Of a DNA stretch of 64,000 bases, positions 51,315 through 63,380 are shown piece by piece (the stretch's first letter is position 1; each line of letters begins with the position of its first letter). The stretch lies in assembly GCA_036867785.1 (NCBI GenBank), contig CP145419.1:558001-622000 (forward strand), given 5' to 3'. Below the pieces are notes generated by a model. That model had not been told where the DNA came from. It saw only the letters and a list, made by a program, of their open reading frames with translations, and did no database searches. The position numbers and the translations under genes were made by a program. Source of the stretch: Plasmodiophora brassicae. Taxonomy: Eukaryota.

Positions 51315-52990
51315 TTAGATGCTGGCGCCATAGAGGGAGCCGCAATCCGACGTAGACGAGGTCATGGCGCCCTGATTGAACTTGTCCCTGGCGACGCCCC
51401 GTGCCTGGAGCCTGCGAATCGATTTCGGGATCGGTAGTGGCCCACGTCCACGCTCTGGTTCGGATGCCGACGTCGAGGGGGGCACCGCTGCGGGAACCAC
51501 TGGCACTGATTGTGTCCCAAACAGCGGGGAACCGGACGGAGGAGGCGCTGAGACTACGCCGGTCTGCCATTTGTCACTCGGGTACTGAAGGTCGACGGCA
51601 GGAGCCTGAAGCACATGCTGCTTCGATTTTCGTATGCATATCGCAATGCCCGCCATGCAAGTCAACGCGATCGTCCCCAGGACGACCACGGCCGTCACTG
51701 ATACGCTGGCCAGGATGGACAGTTGAGAGGCAGGTGCACCCCCCTGGGCAGCAGCTGAACCTTTGATGCTAGGCTTCAGCCTATTCAGCCACGACGTCGG
51801 CCTGATCAACGTCTGTGAACGTCGCTCAACCTGGCCCGTCATCCGCGGCCGTATGGAAGCTGACGGGAACCTTGACCGCGGCCGTATTGAAGCTGACGGG
51901 AACCTTGACCCTGGTCGTATCGAATCTGACGGGAACCTTGTCGCCACGACTGCATGAGTTGATCCCATCTTGCTCGGCGATGGCCTGTGCACGGACGGCG
52001 TTCGGGCGTACCCAGCTGCGGCAAGAGGCGTTCTGGGCGTTGTCGTTAGACGGGTCCTGGTTGAACGACGTTGGGTTTGCCTCTTCGACGTGGGTACCGC
52101 CTTGGAAACCCTGGAGGATGTCGTGCGGTCCACCCGGGTAAACGGTATGGCTTTCTGTTGTATCCTCGGGGCACTGTGCGTTGTCGTCTGGTCACGCTTC
52201 ACGGGTGGACTCCTCCTGGTGGTCGGCGGCATCTGCGACGTTGGCGGTGGCGACGACGTGCATAAACCGTTGACGCAGAACGGGTATGACGTTGGGCAGG
52301 TGCCCTGTGTACACGAAGCGTTCGTCGCTGACGGCGTGTAAGGGTGCGCATTCGACGTCCACCCGTTGAAGCTTTGCAGAACGTGCACGTGATGAGGTTC
52401 CATGGGCATACACTGCTAGACGCATTGCTTACATGCAAATGTAAATGTCAAACTGGCCGTTGCAAGCGCTTGCTGATTGTTCCCCGCAGCCCACCGCGGT
52501 AGCCCCATCGTTAACGATCGCGTTCCAGTCGCCGTAACAGGAACCTTTGCTGCACGTGCAGGTCAACGTCGCATCCGTCTTCGTACACGACCATGTCGCT
52601 CTCTGCACCTTTGTAGCTCAGCGCTGGGACGTCCGCCACCATCCACCTGGAACGTACCTCGGGGAGGAACACGCCAGTGATGGCGTCGAGGATCCCGTGC
52701 GTCCCGTACGACGGGTTCTCGGCGTCACCCATCCAGTTCATGCAGTCGGGGCAGCTGGGCCCACCGCCGCCCATGTGGCCCGAGCACTGTGTGGTGGCGT
52801 AACTGGCAGCGACCGACGCCAACTTCGCATCCCAGGTCAGCGCCACCATTTGCGCTGCCGTCGGCACGACGCTCGCCCGAACGCTGTTCAGCAGGTCGAG
52901 GACCTGCTGCGGCGTGACACCGTCGATCAGCGCCTCGTATCGGGCAACCAACAGCGTTGCTGTGCCCAGCAGTATCCATGGCGTCCACAT
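51315..52990 (-). CDS. Receptor-like CAP protein, copy B
   Basis: Signal peptide, CAP exons, CTQGTCPTSYPFCVNGLC, S/T/R stalk, TM, and tail PKSIRRLQARGVARDKFNQGAMT. Confidence 0.88.
51844..51940. repeat. 33-bp coding tandem repeat x3 (RFPSASIRPRS) in the copy B stalk
   Basis: cgcggccgta(t)ggaagctgacgggaaccttgac-type units at 51844, 51877 and 51910. Confidence 0.9.
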
Positions 52991-53152
52991 ATTTTCACGG
53001 GCCGGCTAGACCTCGGTGTACCCTGTTCGATCCGGTATCTTGCGAACGATCGTCTACAGTCAGCAATGGTTCCGAGAGACAGTTGTTCGAGTCGCGGGTC
53101 GCCGCTGTTCGTTCACACGTTAGGTTAGGCCTAGGGTTTATGTGCCTGCAGA

Positions 53153-54771
53153 CTAGAACATCGTGTCGCCATCCGATACTGTCATGGTCATGGCGCCTTG
53201 GTTGAACTTATCCTTCGCGATGCCCCGTTTCTGCAGCCTGCGAATCGACTTGGGCACTGCCGCCGCCGAGGGATAGCCACTGGGTGACTCCGATTGGGAC
53301 GATGCCGGCTCCTCAGGTGCCGTTGGATTCAGTAACGCCGGGTGCATCGGCACAGGCGCCACAGGAGCGGCGAGTGACCCACCCGGCAGTGATGGAGGGA
53401 TGGACATAGGACTGCCCCGCCAATCACCGGTCAGGTAGTGGTGTTGCACAGCGGGAACGAACGTAGTTCCATGCTTGGCCTGCTTCCGCATGCAGATTGT
53501 CGTAATGGTGGCTGTGCAGCAGGCCAGCGCAACCGCCCCGATGATGTACAGGACGGTGTTAGAGATGCCGGCAACGATAGAGTAGTTTGAAGCAGAGGCG
53601 GCTCTCACCTCAGCACCTGCGCTTGGTGAATGTGCCTTTGACGACGCTCTCGAGCTGAGCACCTGCCCCGTTGTGGATATCGGCTGCGACACATGAGCGT
53701 TGCCCTGGCTGGTCACAAGAGGCCCTACAAGCACGGCCGACAATCACTACGATTGTCCATCAGTTCCGATTCCGGCTTACTCCTCAACGTTGTCGGCATG
53801 GTCGACTTTGGCGCACCCGGGCGGCTCGACGATGCCACGTGTACCGGGTTCAGTACGGAGCCGTCCGTACGTTTCCTGGACGTGGAACCGTTGACCCCCC
53901 TGGTCGTCTTCTTTGTCACAGGAGCATGTGCTGAGGTCTGCTGCGCTGCTATGCGTCGCGATGTCGTCTTCTGCGCAGCCGGAACACCTTTGGTGGTCTT
54001 ATGCGACACGCGACCACCCAGCGTGGTCGTCTTTGTCACCGGTTTCGTGCATAAACCGTTGACGCAGAGCGGATAAGCCAGCGGGCAGGTGCCTTGCGTA
54101 CACGACGAATTCGTCACGGATGGTGTGTACGGATGCGCATCCGACGTCCACCCATTGTATCTTCGTGAGCACCGTGAATCGTCGAGACGAAACGCAAGCA
54201 CTGAGTACTCCTTACGCGCAGACGTAGATGTTGTACTTCCAGCCGCAAGCCGCTGCCGATTTGTCCCCACATCCAACGGCCGTCGCCGCATCGTTGACGA
54301 CGGTGTTCCAGTCATCCCAGCACGGCATTTGAGGGCAGGTACACGTTAACGTGGAACCTGACTGTGTGCACGGCCACTGCGATTTCTGCATCGCACGGTT
54401 CACGTTCGTCTGCGGCTCGTACGGTGCGACGTACGTACCGCGGCGATAAAGTTGCCGGCGATGACGTCGAGGATCCCGTGCGACCCGTACGAGGGCAGCT
54501 CTGCGTCTGCTGTCCAGCTGACACAGTTGGGGCAGCTGGGTCCCTGGCCGCTGAACTGAGCCGAGCACTGTGTGGCCGCGTAACTGGCAGCGGCGGCCGC
54601 AAGCGTGTCGTCCCACTCCAGTTTGACCATGTGCGCCGCTGTCGGAACGACGTTGGCACGCGCGCTGTTCAATAGGTCGACGATCTGCTGCGGGGTGACA
54701 CCAGCGATCAGCGCCTCTAGTCGCACAGCCAGCAGCGTTGCTGTCGCCAGCACCGCCCATGCCGACCGCAT
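53153..54771 (-). CDS. Receptor-like CAP protein, copy C
   Basis: MRSAWAVLATATLLAVRLEA; CAP; Cys module; an extra 56-nt intron (53725-53780) restores the frame; TM; PKSIRRLQKRGIAKDKFNQGAMT. Confidence 0.88.
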
Positions 54772-54968
54772 GCTCTCGAGGTCGCCGCCGCTCAGATTCT
54801 TCAACGCTGAGCGGCGATCCACTTGGATATCGTCCATCCACGACCGTACGTACCCCCTGACGTCCGCATTGGGACACAGCCAGTAATGCTGCGGCACCCA
54901 GCAACAACTCGGTCGTCGAATACATATATTGTATCGCGTTGATAAGCACGGGAACGATGAACTAGCCG

Positions 54969-56773
54969 TCACGGTTCAGTAACTGACGACTGCCACGTGT
55001 CCGTCTCGGATGTGGTAAGTGTCATGGCGCGTTGGTTGAACTTATCCCTGGCCATGCCGCGTGCCTGCATCCGGCGGATCGATTTCGGCACCATGGAGGA
55101 CCTGTGCGATTCGGCCACTGGGTGTCCGACGGCTGAGGGCTGACGTTGCGCCGGTAAGACGACCGCGGCAGGCGCCACGGGAGCAGTTATTGTCACAAAC
55201 GGCGGTGGCGGGGCAGCGGGCATCGGCTCGTTCCTCCACACAAGTTCCACCTGCTTGGTCGGCTTCAGGATGCATATCGCAATGGTTGCCAAGCAGACCA
55301 CAACGACAGCTCCAGTAATAAACAGGACCGTGTGCGAGATGCCTTCGAAGGCTGACGTTTGCTGGGCGGTGGCTCTCCCCTGATCCGCTGGCGCGCCTTT
55401 GAAGCTCGTCTTCGGCGCATTCAAGTCCAGAGTCAGCCGAGCCGTTGCCCTCGGCTGATGTAGAATACGGGTCTGCGTCTTCGTCCACGACGCTACCATC
55501 CCTGTCAGTAAACACCCAGGTTTCGAATGGGCCCGTTGACTCCAGCGTACCCTTGTGCACCGTCGTGACCATCCCTGGACGTCCTGAGGAGGATGGTTTC
55601 CTTGTCCCCGACGCTTTCTCATTCAGAGAATGCTGATTCGTTGTTCTCGAAACTGGAAGGGCCCGGGTCTGACTGATCTTCTTCCATGACCCTACCAGTG
55701 GCGTAGTCAGCGCCGTTCAGAGCCCACTCATGGCTTCTCCGATGTCCATGTCCCATTGGATACGTTGACTCCAACTTACTTGTTATAGACCGACGTTCAG
55801 TCGTGGCCATCGGTTTGTGTCTGGAGGTGGGGCGCCTCGTTGCGAACCCGATCAGCGGTTCTGTGGTCCTGGGACGGTTCGTCCGCCCCTTGGAAGTTGG
55901 CCGTAAGACGGTACGCGTAGTGGCACTCTGCGTCACACGATGGTGTTCGCTTGATGGTCGTTTGTGCTTTCGCGCGAACTTTCATGGACGTTACCTGAGT
56001 GGTCGGCTGCTTTGTGCACAGGCCGTTGGCACAGAACGGATACGCCGACGGACAGGTGCTCTGCGTGCACGATGAGTTCGTCGTTGATGGGGTGTATGGG
56101 TGCGCGTCCGTTGTGTGCCCGTTAAACCTACAACGCACAACAGGTCTTGGGTAACATAGATGAGGAGGTGATCATCCCAGTTGCCTACGCGCAGACGTAG
56201 ACGTTGTACGGTCCTTTGCAAGCGGTGGATGTTTGCTCTCCACATCCCACCTCTGTCGCCGCATCATTGACAAGCGTGGTCCAGTCGCCATAGCATGGGC
56301 GGCTGATGCAGGTGCACGTTAACGATCCAGCCGATTGCGTGCACGACCACTTCGCTTTCTGTACAGACGTTCAGGATACGGTACATGGGTTACCGCCGTT
56401 GGCAATCAGGACGATGGACAGTGCCACATACCTCGGCGACGAAATTCCTCGTGATAATATCGAGGATCCCATGGGTTCCAAACGACGGTGTCTCCGCATC
56501 CGCTATCCAATCGAGGCAATTGGTGCAGTTGGGCCCTGGATCGGTAAACACGCCCGAACACTGCGTAGCAGCGTATCTGGCAGCGGCGACCGCCAATGTC
56601 TCATTCCATTGCAGTTGCACCATTTTCGTCGCCGATGGCACGACGCTGGCGCGGGCGCTGTTCATCAGGTTAACGACCTGCTGCGCAGTGACGCCGGCGA
56701 TCAGCGCCTCCAGCCGGGCGGCCAGCAATGCTGCCGCTGTCAGAGCCATCCATGTCGCCCGCGTACCCACCAT
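54969..56773 (-). CDS. Receptor-like CAP protein, copy D
   Basis: Signal peptide, CAP, Cys module; stalk frame restored by predicted introns 55928-55994, 55692-55779 and 55502-55550; TM; PKSIRRMQARGMARDKFNQRAMT. Confidence 0.8.
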
Positions 56774-56899
56774 ATCGTCGCTTGACGAGATATTTATACT
56801 GCGACCCCCGGGTCGCCAGCTGATTCCAATTCGCCCCATTATGGTTAATGTGACGCATTCCTTATCCCATGATTCACCTCATCGTGCATCTCGATGGTG

Positions 56900-58388
56900 A
56901 AGTCCTTCGCGGGGTTCGAGGTTGTTTATTCCGGACAGTCCTCACACCACCGACTCTTTCGACGCACGATCGGCCCAGAACATAGCTGGCCGACCTTGGG
57001 GTTCGGGGAGAAGCGACGCGCATTCTGTCTCACGATCCTCTTGCCGTACCCCTCCTGTGCCATGCGCTCGGCGACTTCCCACGCTGACCGTAACCGCCGT
57101 TGCAGACCCCGCAGGAACTCGCGATACGACCGATCGATCCGCTTGTCTGGCAGTCGAACGTCGTACTCCAGCGGGCCTCGTAGATCCCACCCGAACTCTA
57201 GGTAATGGGGCGTCCCGGCGTCGTCGTCTCCACGGTCGGCGCGCCACTCGACTTCCGCTTCGGGCATTCGAACCGGAAGTGTTGAGCACCGTCGCATCCC
57301 GGGCAGCGCTCTTGGGCTCGGGCCTTCTGGCATTTCGTCCAAGAATGCCCCGTGCTCCGACACGTCCGACACCTGCCGGCTGCACCGACGACCGCCTTCT
57401 TCGTCGGCTTGGCGTCGTCAGCGTTGCGTTCCTCGTAGAGGCATTCGCGTATGAACGAGATCTTCTCCCGGTAGGTCCGCCGCGTCTCCAGGTGCTCCCA
57501 GAGCATGTGGGTGGTCACGAGCTTGCCGCGCACCTGCGCGTTGAGCGACGCGAGATAGATGTCGTAGATCTCGCCGTCGTGTGCGCGATCCGGATCGTTC
57601 TCCCGGTACTCGTTCAGCGCCGTCTCGAGCCGAGGCAGGAAGGCCGTCAGGGTCTCGCCATCCCTCTGCTTGAGGGATTTGGCCGCCAACCCCCACGAGC
57701 CCCGCGTCCGCGCCTCTTTCTTGCCCAGGAGTTTGTCCCGCGACCCGGTCGGAAACAGCCACGTCGACGCTCCGACGTGCGCCCGCAGAGCCGGATGCAT
57801 GCCCTTGGACAGGACATAGTTTTCCTGGTCTTCCCGGCTCGCGTCCCGGCGTCGAACCAGCGGCATGGCCCCGTTGAGCCAGGTCTTGACCGCCTCCCGA
57901 TCTTTCCAGGGGTCTTTCGTGCACTCCTTAAGGTCGATCTTGACCGGTGCCCGGAGCCGCTCGTCGTACCCCCGATCGCCCACCGGCGCCTCACTAGCCA
58001 GCTCGCCGCTGCTGCATCGCACGCGTGCCACCGGCCTGTGCATCGCTGCGATCTGGGTCCTTGCCGCCCGCAGCTCCTCCTTCAGGCCGGCGACGTCTGC
58101 CTCCAGCCGAGCCCTAGCAGTGTCTGCTGGCGCCGAGTTCTCCCGGCCCACTGGAGCTCGGCTTGCCTCTTGCACCGCCATCTGCTCCCTGGCCACGTCC
58201 TGCTCCTTGGCTGCGAGGACCATCGCCCTGACGTCGTCCATATCCAGTCTGAGCGTCGCGATCTCTCCTCTCTGCTGGATCCGCTCCTCGTCCTGGACCT
58301 TCATGTGCGCGATGATCGACCTCAGCATGGGACGCAACTCGTCCAAGTCCTCCGCCTTGACCGTGATCGCCGCATCGTCCGCCGGCAT
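56900..58388 (-). mobile_element. Internally deleted LTR-retrotransposon (Ty3/gypsy-like): intact gag ORF 57198-58388 followed by an integrase C-terminal remnant
   Basis: Coiled coil, LKQRDGETLTAFLPRL, and two CCHC knuckles CRTCRSTGHSWTKC and CPGCDGAQHFRFEC; downstream GWDLRGPLE...LRSAWEVAER...PKVGQL is typical of gypsy integrase tails; no RT/RNase H. Confidence 0.8.
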
Positions 58389-58649
58389 GATTCAACCCGA
58401 TACTACAAGCGATTGTGTGCTGCTGAACACGAGCCAATTCAGACTCCACACCGACGTATAGTATGTATGACACATCCGGCGCGATCTCGACGCCGTGACT
58501 GGGTGGTACTCGCCACCGAACAGCAATCGCTGGGCCTCTCCGGCCGCTGGTACTGCTTCATGACTCTGACAGGGGCGTCCGTCCAATTGCCCGCCACAAC
58601 TGCTGGATAGACTTGCTGATCTCGGTCCAGCGGTTTTGCATCGCTTCTT

Positions 58650-58960
58650 GGCACATAGCCGTCTCCCCAGCCGTGGCCTTCAACTTCAGGAAGACATCGC
58701 CGGATCAGGTGGGCGACCTGGCTTCGTTCCCCGGAAATGGATCCTCGGAGATGATGATGATCCACGCGCGTACAATCGCTGGATCCTCCCCTCCTCTATT
58801 CATTTGCCATCGCGTCCCGTGAACCGTTCGCGCTCGACGCCGATGGCATCCATATACTACACCTAGTACAGGACTCGCGGCGTGAAGCTCTCCTTGTCAA
58901 ACGGCATATGCTTCCAGCTTCCACTGTCCAGATGTCGTTAAGGTTTCTTCAGCTGATCAT
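58650..58960 (-). mobile_element. Degenerate Ty1/copia-like protease fragment
   Basis: Minus-strand HLDSGSWKHMPFDKESF matches the copia W.LDSG.S.HM...K..F motif; surrounded by stop codons. Confidence 0.55.
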
Positions 58961-59053
58961 GCGACATCGCCAGCCTCCAGGGCAGTGCTGAAACTCTTCA
59001 TCGGACTGGAGCTTCAAGTTGTTCTACCCGATAAGCGATAGGAGCCGATAAAC

Positions 59054-60603
59054 TTATAGCTGTACCGTGTGATCAGGTTCCGACACGCTCATCGTCATGG
59101 CGCCTTGGTTAAACTTGTCCCTCGCAACTCCACGTAGCAGGAGTCGGCGAATGGCTTTCGGCATACGTGCATCTGGTCTCCCTGGGTCCTGCACAGCAGC
59201 CGACGTTTGCAAGTCCGCCTGCATCGGTACATGGTGAGGCGCAACAGGTGCGGTTAGTGGCCCTGGACGCACAGGTGCGGGATTACGGTCCTGGCGAAGG
59301 GCTTTGGAGTTGTGCAGCACTCCACGTTGCACTGTGATGCGCTTGCGGATCCACACTACAGTGATGGCCGTGCAGACGACAGCGATGGACCCGATGGCGA
59401 ACAAGGCCGTATTGGAAATGTCGCCAAAGATCACCGACCCGGCCGCAGATGCGCTGTCCAGGACACCACCCGCGCCTTTCGAGCTGCTCGTCCTCGTCTT
59501 CGGAGTCGACAATGCTTTGCCAGCGGTGGACCTGGGAACTGACGTGTGGCGGGGATGGCTTGCCAGGTCCGGCTTGGCCACCGACGTAGACGGCTCGACT
59601 GGCAGTACTGCCGATTCTCTCTTGACACTCGTCAGAGGCCAATCATGTACAATCGAAGTTCGAGATATGGGACGTCGCCGCGTCGTGTTTCCTCGGGTAC
59701 GTCGGCCTGTTGTAGGGCGGTTCGTTTGTCTCGTCAAGGATGATACCCTGGCTAGCGTGGATGTCCTCCGGGGTACCAGCGGCGCTGCTGAAACAGACGA
59801 CCTGATCCTCTGGGTCGTCGAGGCGCGCAGCGCTGTCGTCTGTGTCGCGAGGGTGTACATCGTGGTCACCCGCTGCGCTGTGCATAAACCGTTGACGCAA
59901 TAGGGATGTGCTGATGGACAGGTGCCCAGCGTGCACGACGAGTTCGTCACCGACGGCGTGTAAGGACTTGTGTACGACGAGAACCCATTGAACCTTTCAT
60001 CATCACAGTCAGACTGATCTGTCGGCACGCACGATACAGTGTGTGCCTACACGCAGACGAAGATGTTGTACGACCAGCCACAGGCGCTGGCAGACTGATC
60101 CCCGCATCCGACCGCCGTCGTGCCATCGTTGAGAAACACGCTCCATTCATCGTTGCATTGGTATCTGCAGCTGCACATCAACGTGCTGCCTGATTGTTTG
60201 CAGGTCCAGCTTGTCCTCTGTTGCACGTGTTTACCCTAACCCTCAGTACAGGTCTAGTTCAGGAACGCACCTCGTTGAGGAGATCGGTGATGCCATCGAG
60301 GATTCCACGCGTGGAGGCCGACGGCAAGGATGCTTTACCGACCCAGCTCATGCAGTGTGGGCATTGCGGCCCTGCACCGCTGAAGGCGCCCGAGCACTGT
60401 GTGGCGGCATAGCTGGCAGCAGCGGCCGCCATGCTCGCATCCCATTCTAGTTTCACCATCTTCGCCGCCGTGGGGACGACGCTGGCGCGGGCGCTGTTTA
60501 TCAGTTCGAGGACCTGCTGCGGCGTAACGCCAGCGATCAACGCCTCCAATCGAGCAGCCATCAACAACGTGACCGCCCCCAGAGTGGCCCATGCGATCCC
60601 CAT
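59054..60603 (-). CDS. Receptor-like CAP protein, copy E
   Basis: MGIAWATLGAVTLLMAARLEA; CAP; CTLGTCPSAHPYCVNGLC; stalk; TM; PKAIRRLLLRGVARDKFNQGAMT. Confidence 0.88.
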
Positions 60604-60885
60604 TGCGAAAGACGTCGTCCACTTACCTGGATATTTGCTGACGGCGCCCGATCAGACTGTACAAACGCACCAGTTCAACTATCATGCTGCACTCGTACCA
60701 GGAACGACAGCAATGTCCCGTACGTGGATACGTCCTCAGTCGTCCACACGAGGCCAAAGTTATCCGGCATTTGCTTGAAGGAATCGTGCAGGTCACCCGT
60801 CATCATCTTCAAGGAATGCAACTAATTTGGCTAGGACGAACTGGTTCAGGCCTTTGGTGCGGCCATCAACTCATGTGATCTTAAA

Positions 60886-62452
60886 TTATGCATCCGATTC
60901 AGACGGGTCGCTAACCGTCCTGGCACCTTGGTTGAACTTGTCCCTGGCGACGCCTCGTGCCTGTAACCTGCGCACCGCCTTTGGCATCGCATTGAAGGGG
61001 TCATGGGCAGGCGGATCCGCCGGACGTGTGTCGCCAGTGAACGCGCTTTGTCCAACCGACTGTACAGAAGACGTGGCCAGAGGATCAGTCGGCCAGTTGA
61101 TGAATTCTGGGATCGCTCGTGCGGAGAGCTCCTGCTGGTTCCGTCTGCGAATGAGCAACGCCAGGGCGGCCATGCAAACTACAGCGACCGATCCGACCAC
61201 GAACAAGGTCGTGTCTGACACGTCGCTGAAGAGGGACGGCGATCGTGGAGCAGATGCGCTTCTCGTGTCAGCACCTGGACCTTTTGAACTGCTCCGCTTC
61301 GACCGTGGCGTCGTTACTGCCATCCCCGTGCCCAGGCTTGTCACGAACGACCGTACTGAACCTTGTCTAACCGGCTCGAGTGAACGCGTTGATACCCCGC
61401 TAGAGTTTGCCAAGAGCCGAGGCGTCGTTGTCAATCGCGAGCGGGGCCGCATCGTAGACGTTCTCCTTTTCACGTGCCCTGTTGCTGGACGGCTCGTTCG
61501 CTTCCTTAAGGATGGCACGTTGGCACGCTGCAGCGTGGCCCTTAACGTCGTCACAGACGTACGCCTCTTCGTCAACTGCTTCACAGACGTACGCCTCTTT
61601 GTCAACTGCTTCACAGACGTCCGCCTCTTCGTCAACTGCTTCACAGACGTACGCTTGGTCCTCATCTTCGTCACAGACGTACGCCTGGTCGTGAACTGCG
61701 TCGCTGGTCGACGCGTACACAAACTGTTGACACAGGACGGATACGCCGACGGGCAGGTGCCCTGCGTGCACGACGAGTTCGTCGCCGACAACGTGTACGG
61801 GTGGGCGTATGACGAGAACCCATTGAACCTTCCAAGTCGGCATCAGTCGTCGTCGCTGAGGAGCACTGGCAGACGACCCGGTCCTTACGCGCAGACGTAG
61901 ATGTTGTACGACCCGCCGCACGTGCTGGCTAACAGCTCGCCGCACCCAACCGTCGTCGCTCCATCGTTCAGGATGACTTTCCAGTTGTCGTAACAATGGT
62001 ACGACGAGCACTTGCAGGACAGCGTCGTGCCAGATTGTGTGCACGACCACTGCGCTTTCTGACACCCGATCATTCGGATGACGCTGGCCGACCGGCGGAT
62101 AGGTCGCGTGCGTACGTACCTCTCCCATCAGGTCGTTGATGCTGTCGAGCATCCCGTGCGTCGTCGCCGATGGGTACATGCCCTCGCCGATCCAGTTCGC
62201 GCAATCGGGGCACTGGGGACCCTGCCCGTCGAAGTTCGCCGCACACTGTGTGGCCGCGTACCTGGCCGCGGCCGCCGCCAGCGTATCGTTCCAGGTCAGC
62301 CGCACCATCTGCGCCGCTGTCGGCACGACGTTGCCGCGAATGCTGTTCAGCAGGTCGACGACCTGCTGCGGCGTCACGCCGTCAATCAGCGCTTGCAACG
62401 GGCCGGTTAGTACAGCTGTCGCCAGCAGCACCACGACCCATGCCAGGCGCAT
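60886..62452 (-). CDS. Receptor-like CAP protein, copy F
   Basis: MRLAWVVVLLATAVLTGPLQA; CAP; CTQGTCPSAYPSCVNSLC; repeat stalk; TM; PKAVRRLQARGVARDKFNQGART. Confidence 0.88.
61551..61700. repeat. 30-bp coding tandem repeat x5 (RRTSVKQLTK) in the copy F stalk
   Basis: tcacagacgtacgcctcttcgtcaactgct units at 61551, 61581 and 61611, with diverged units at 61641 and 61671. Confidence 0.92.
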
Positions 62453-62699
62453 GAGATTCCAGAGGTCGCCGCCGCCTACGAGGATATTTGCTGACGACCC
62501 CGATCGATTCGCGAAATCATACAGTGACGTTTGCCACGTGCCCGGGTTGGGCGTGCACCTTCTTGACCTACACTGATTCACGGACACACTCCTCAAGAGA
62601 GCAACCTGTAGGAGGGGGTGGCGAGCCGGCGACAAGCGCACGGCCAGGTCTATCGTCCGACGACTACCTAGAACGACGATACAGCGCCTTCCTACAGCC

Positions 62700-63264
62700 C
62701 GACTTCGTATATAGATGCGGCCCGGCTCCAGGTTCCGCTGCGCTTGCCATAGCTTCCTGACCGAACTTGTCGTTGGCGAATGACTTGCGAACGCCCGTCC
62801 CTGTAACGTCACACTTGTGGTAAGACGGTCCCCTGTGCTAGATCATCACTGAACTCTGGCAAGGCGCACCCTGCCTAAATGGCTGTGCTGGACCTGGAGA
62901 TGGATTTGCGAGCGACCGAGTGGGGGCGGCGATAGGCTGGCCTCCGGCCCCCCCAGATGGCGTCCGAATTCGAATCTTACGGCACCTCGGCATCGGCGAT
63001 CCAGCTGACGCAACCTGGGCAGCTGGGTCCTGGCCCGGCCAAGAAGTCTGCCGAGCACTTTGTCGAGGCGTAGCTGGCCGCCGCGGCCGCCAGCGTCTCG
63101 TTCCATTCCAGTTTCACCATTTTCGCTGCCGTCGGCACCACGCCCGCCCGGGCCCTGTTCATCAGATCGACAACCTGCTGTGGCGTAACGCCATCGATCA
63201 GGGCCTCCATTGGGGAAGCCAGCATCAGCAGTGCTGAAACCAGCAATGCCCATGCCGGCGACAT
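62700..63264 (-). pseudogene. Internally deleted CAP-receptor pseudogene, copy G
   Basis: Intact signal peptide and N-half of the CAP domain ending at a premature TAA (62977-62979); ~200 nt later a tail remnant FANDKFGQEAMA (~62745-62780); exon 2, Cys module, stalk and TM are missing. Confidence 0.75.
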
Positions 63265-63380
63265 ATATTCCTGGTCAGGCTGTCGGATAGATATTTCTTT
63301 CTCGCGACCCACACGGTCGTACCTAAACAGTACGCATGACGTGCGCGGGCGTTCCAGGCAAACTCTTCACGATTCATTGG

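Noticed and set aside
56922-58610. 562-aa plus-strand ORF
   Set aside because: Antisense shadow of the GC-rich gag
61551-61700. 30-bp repeats resembling a CRISPR array
   Set aside because: Contiguous units without unique spacers, in-frame coding minisatellite, eukaryotic context, no cas genes
61400-62812. 470-aa ORF apparently giving CAP copy F a long N-terminal extension
   Set aside because: Read-through of intergenic/pseudogene DNA and introns; the signal-peptide ATG at 62452 and the conserved splice sites match the paralogs
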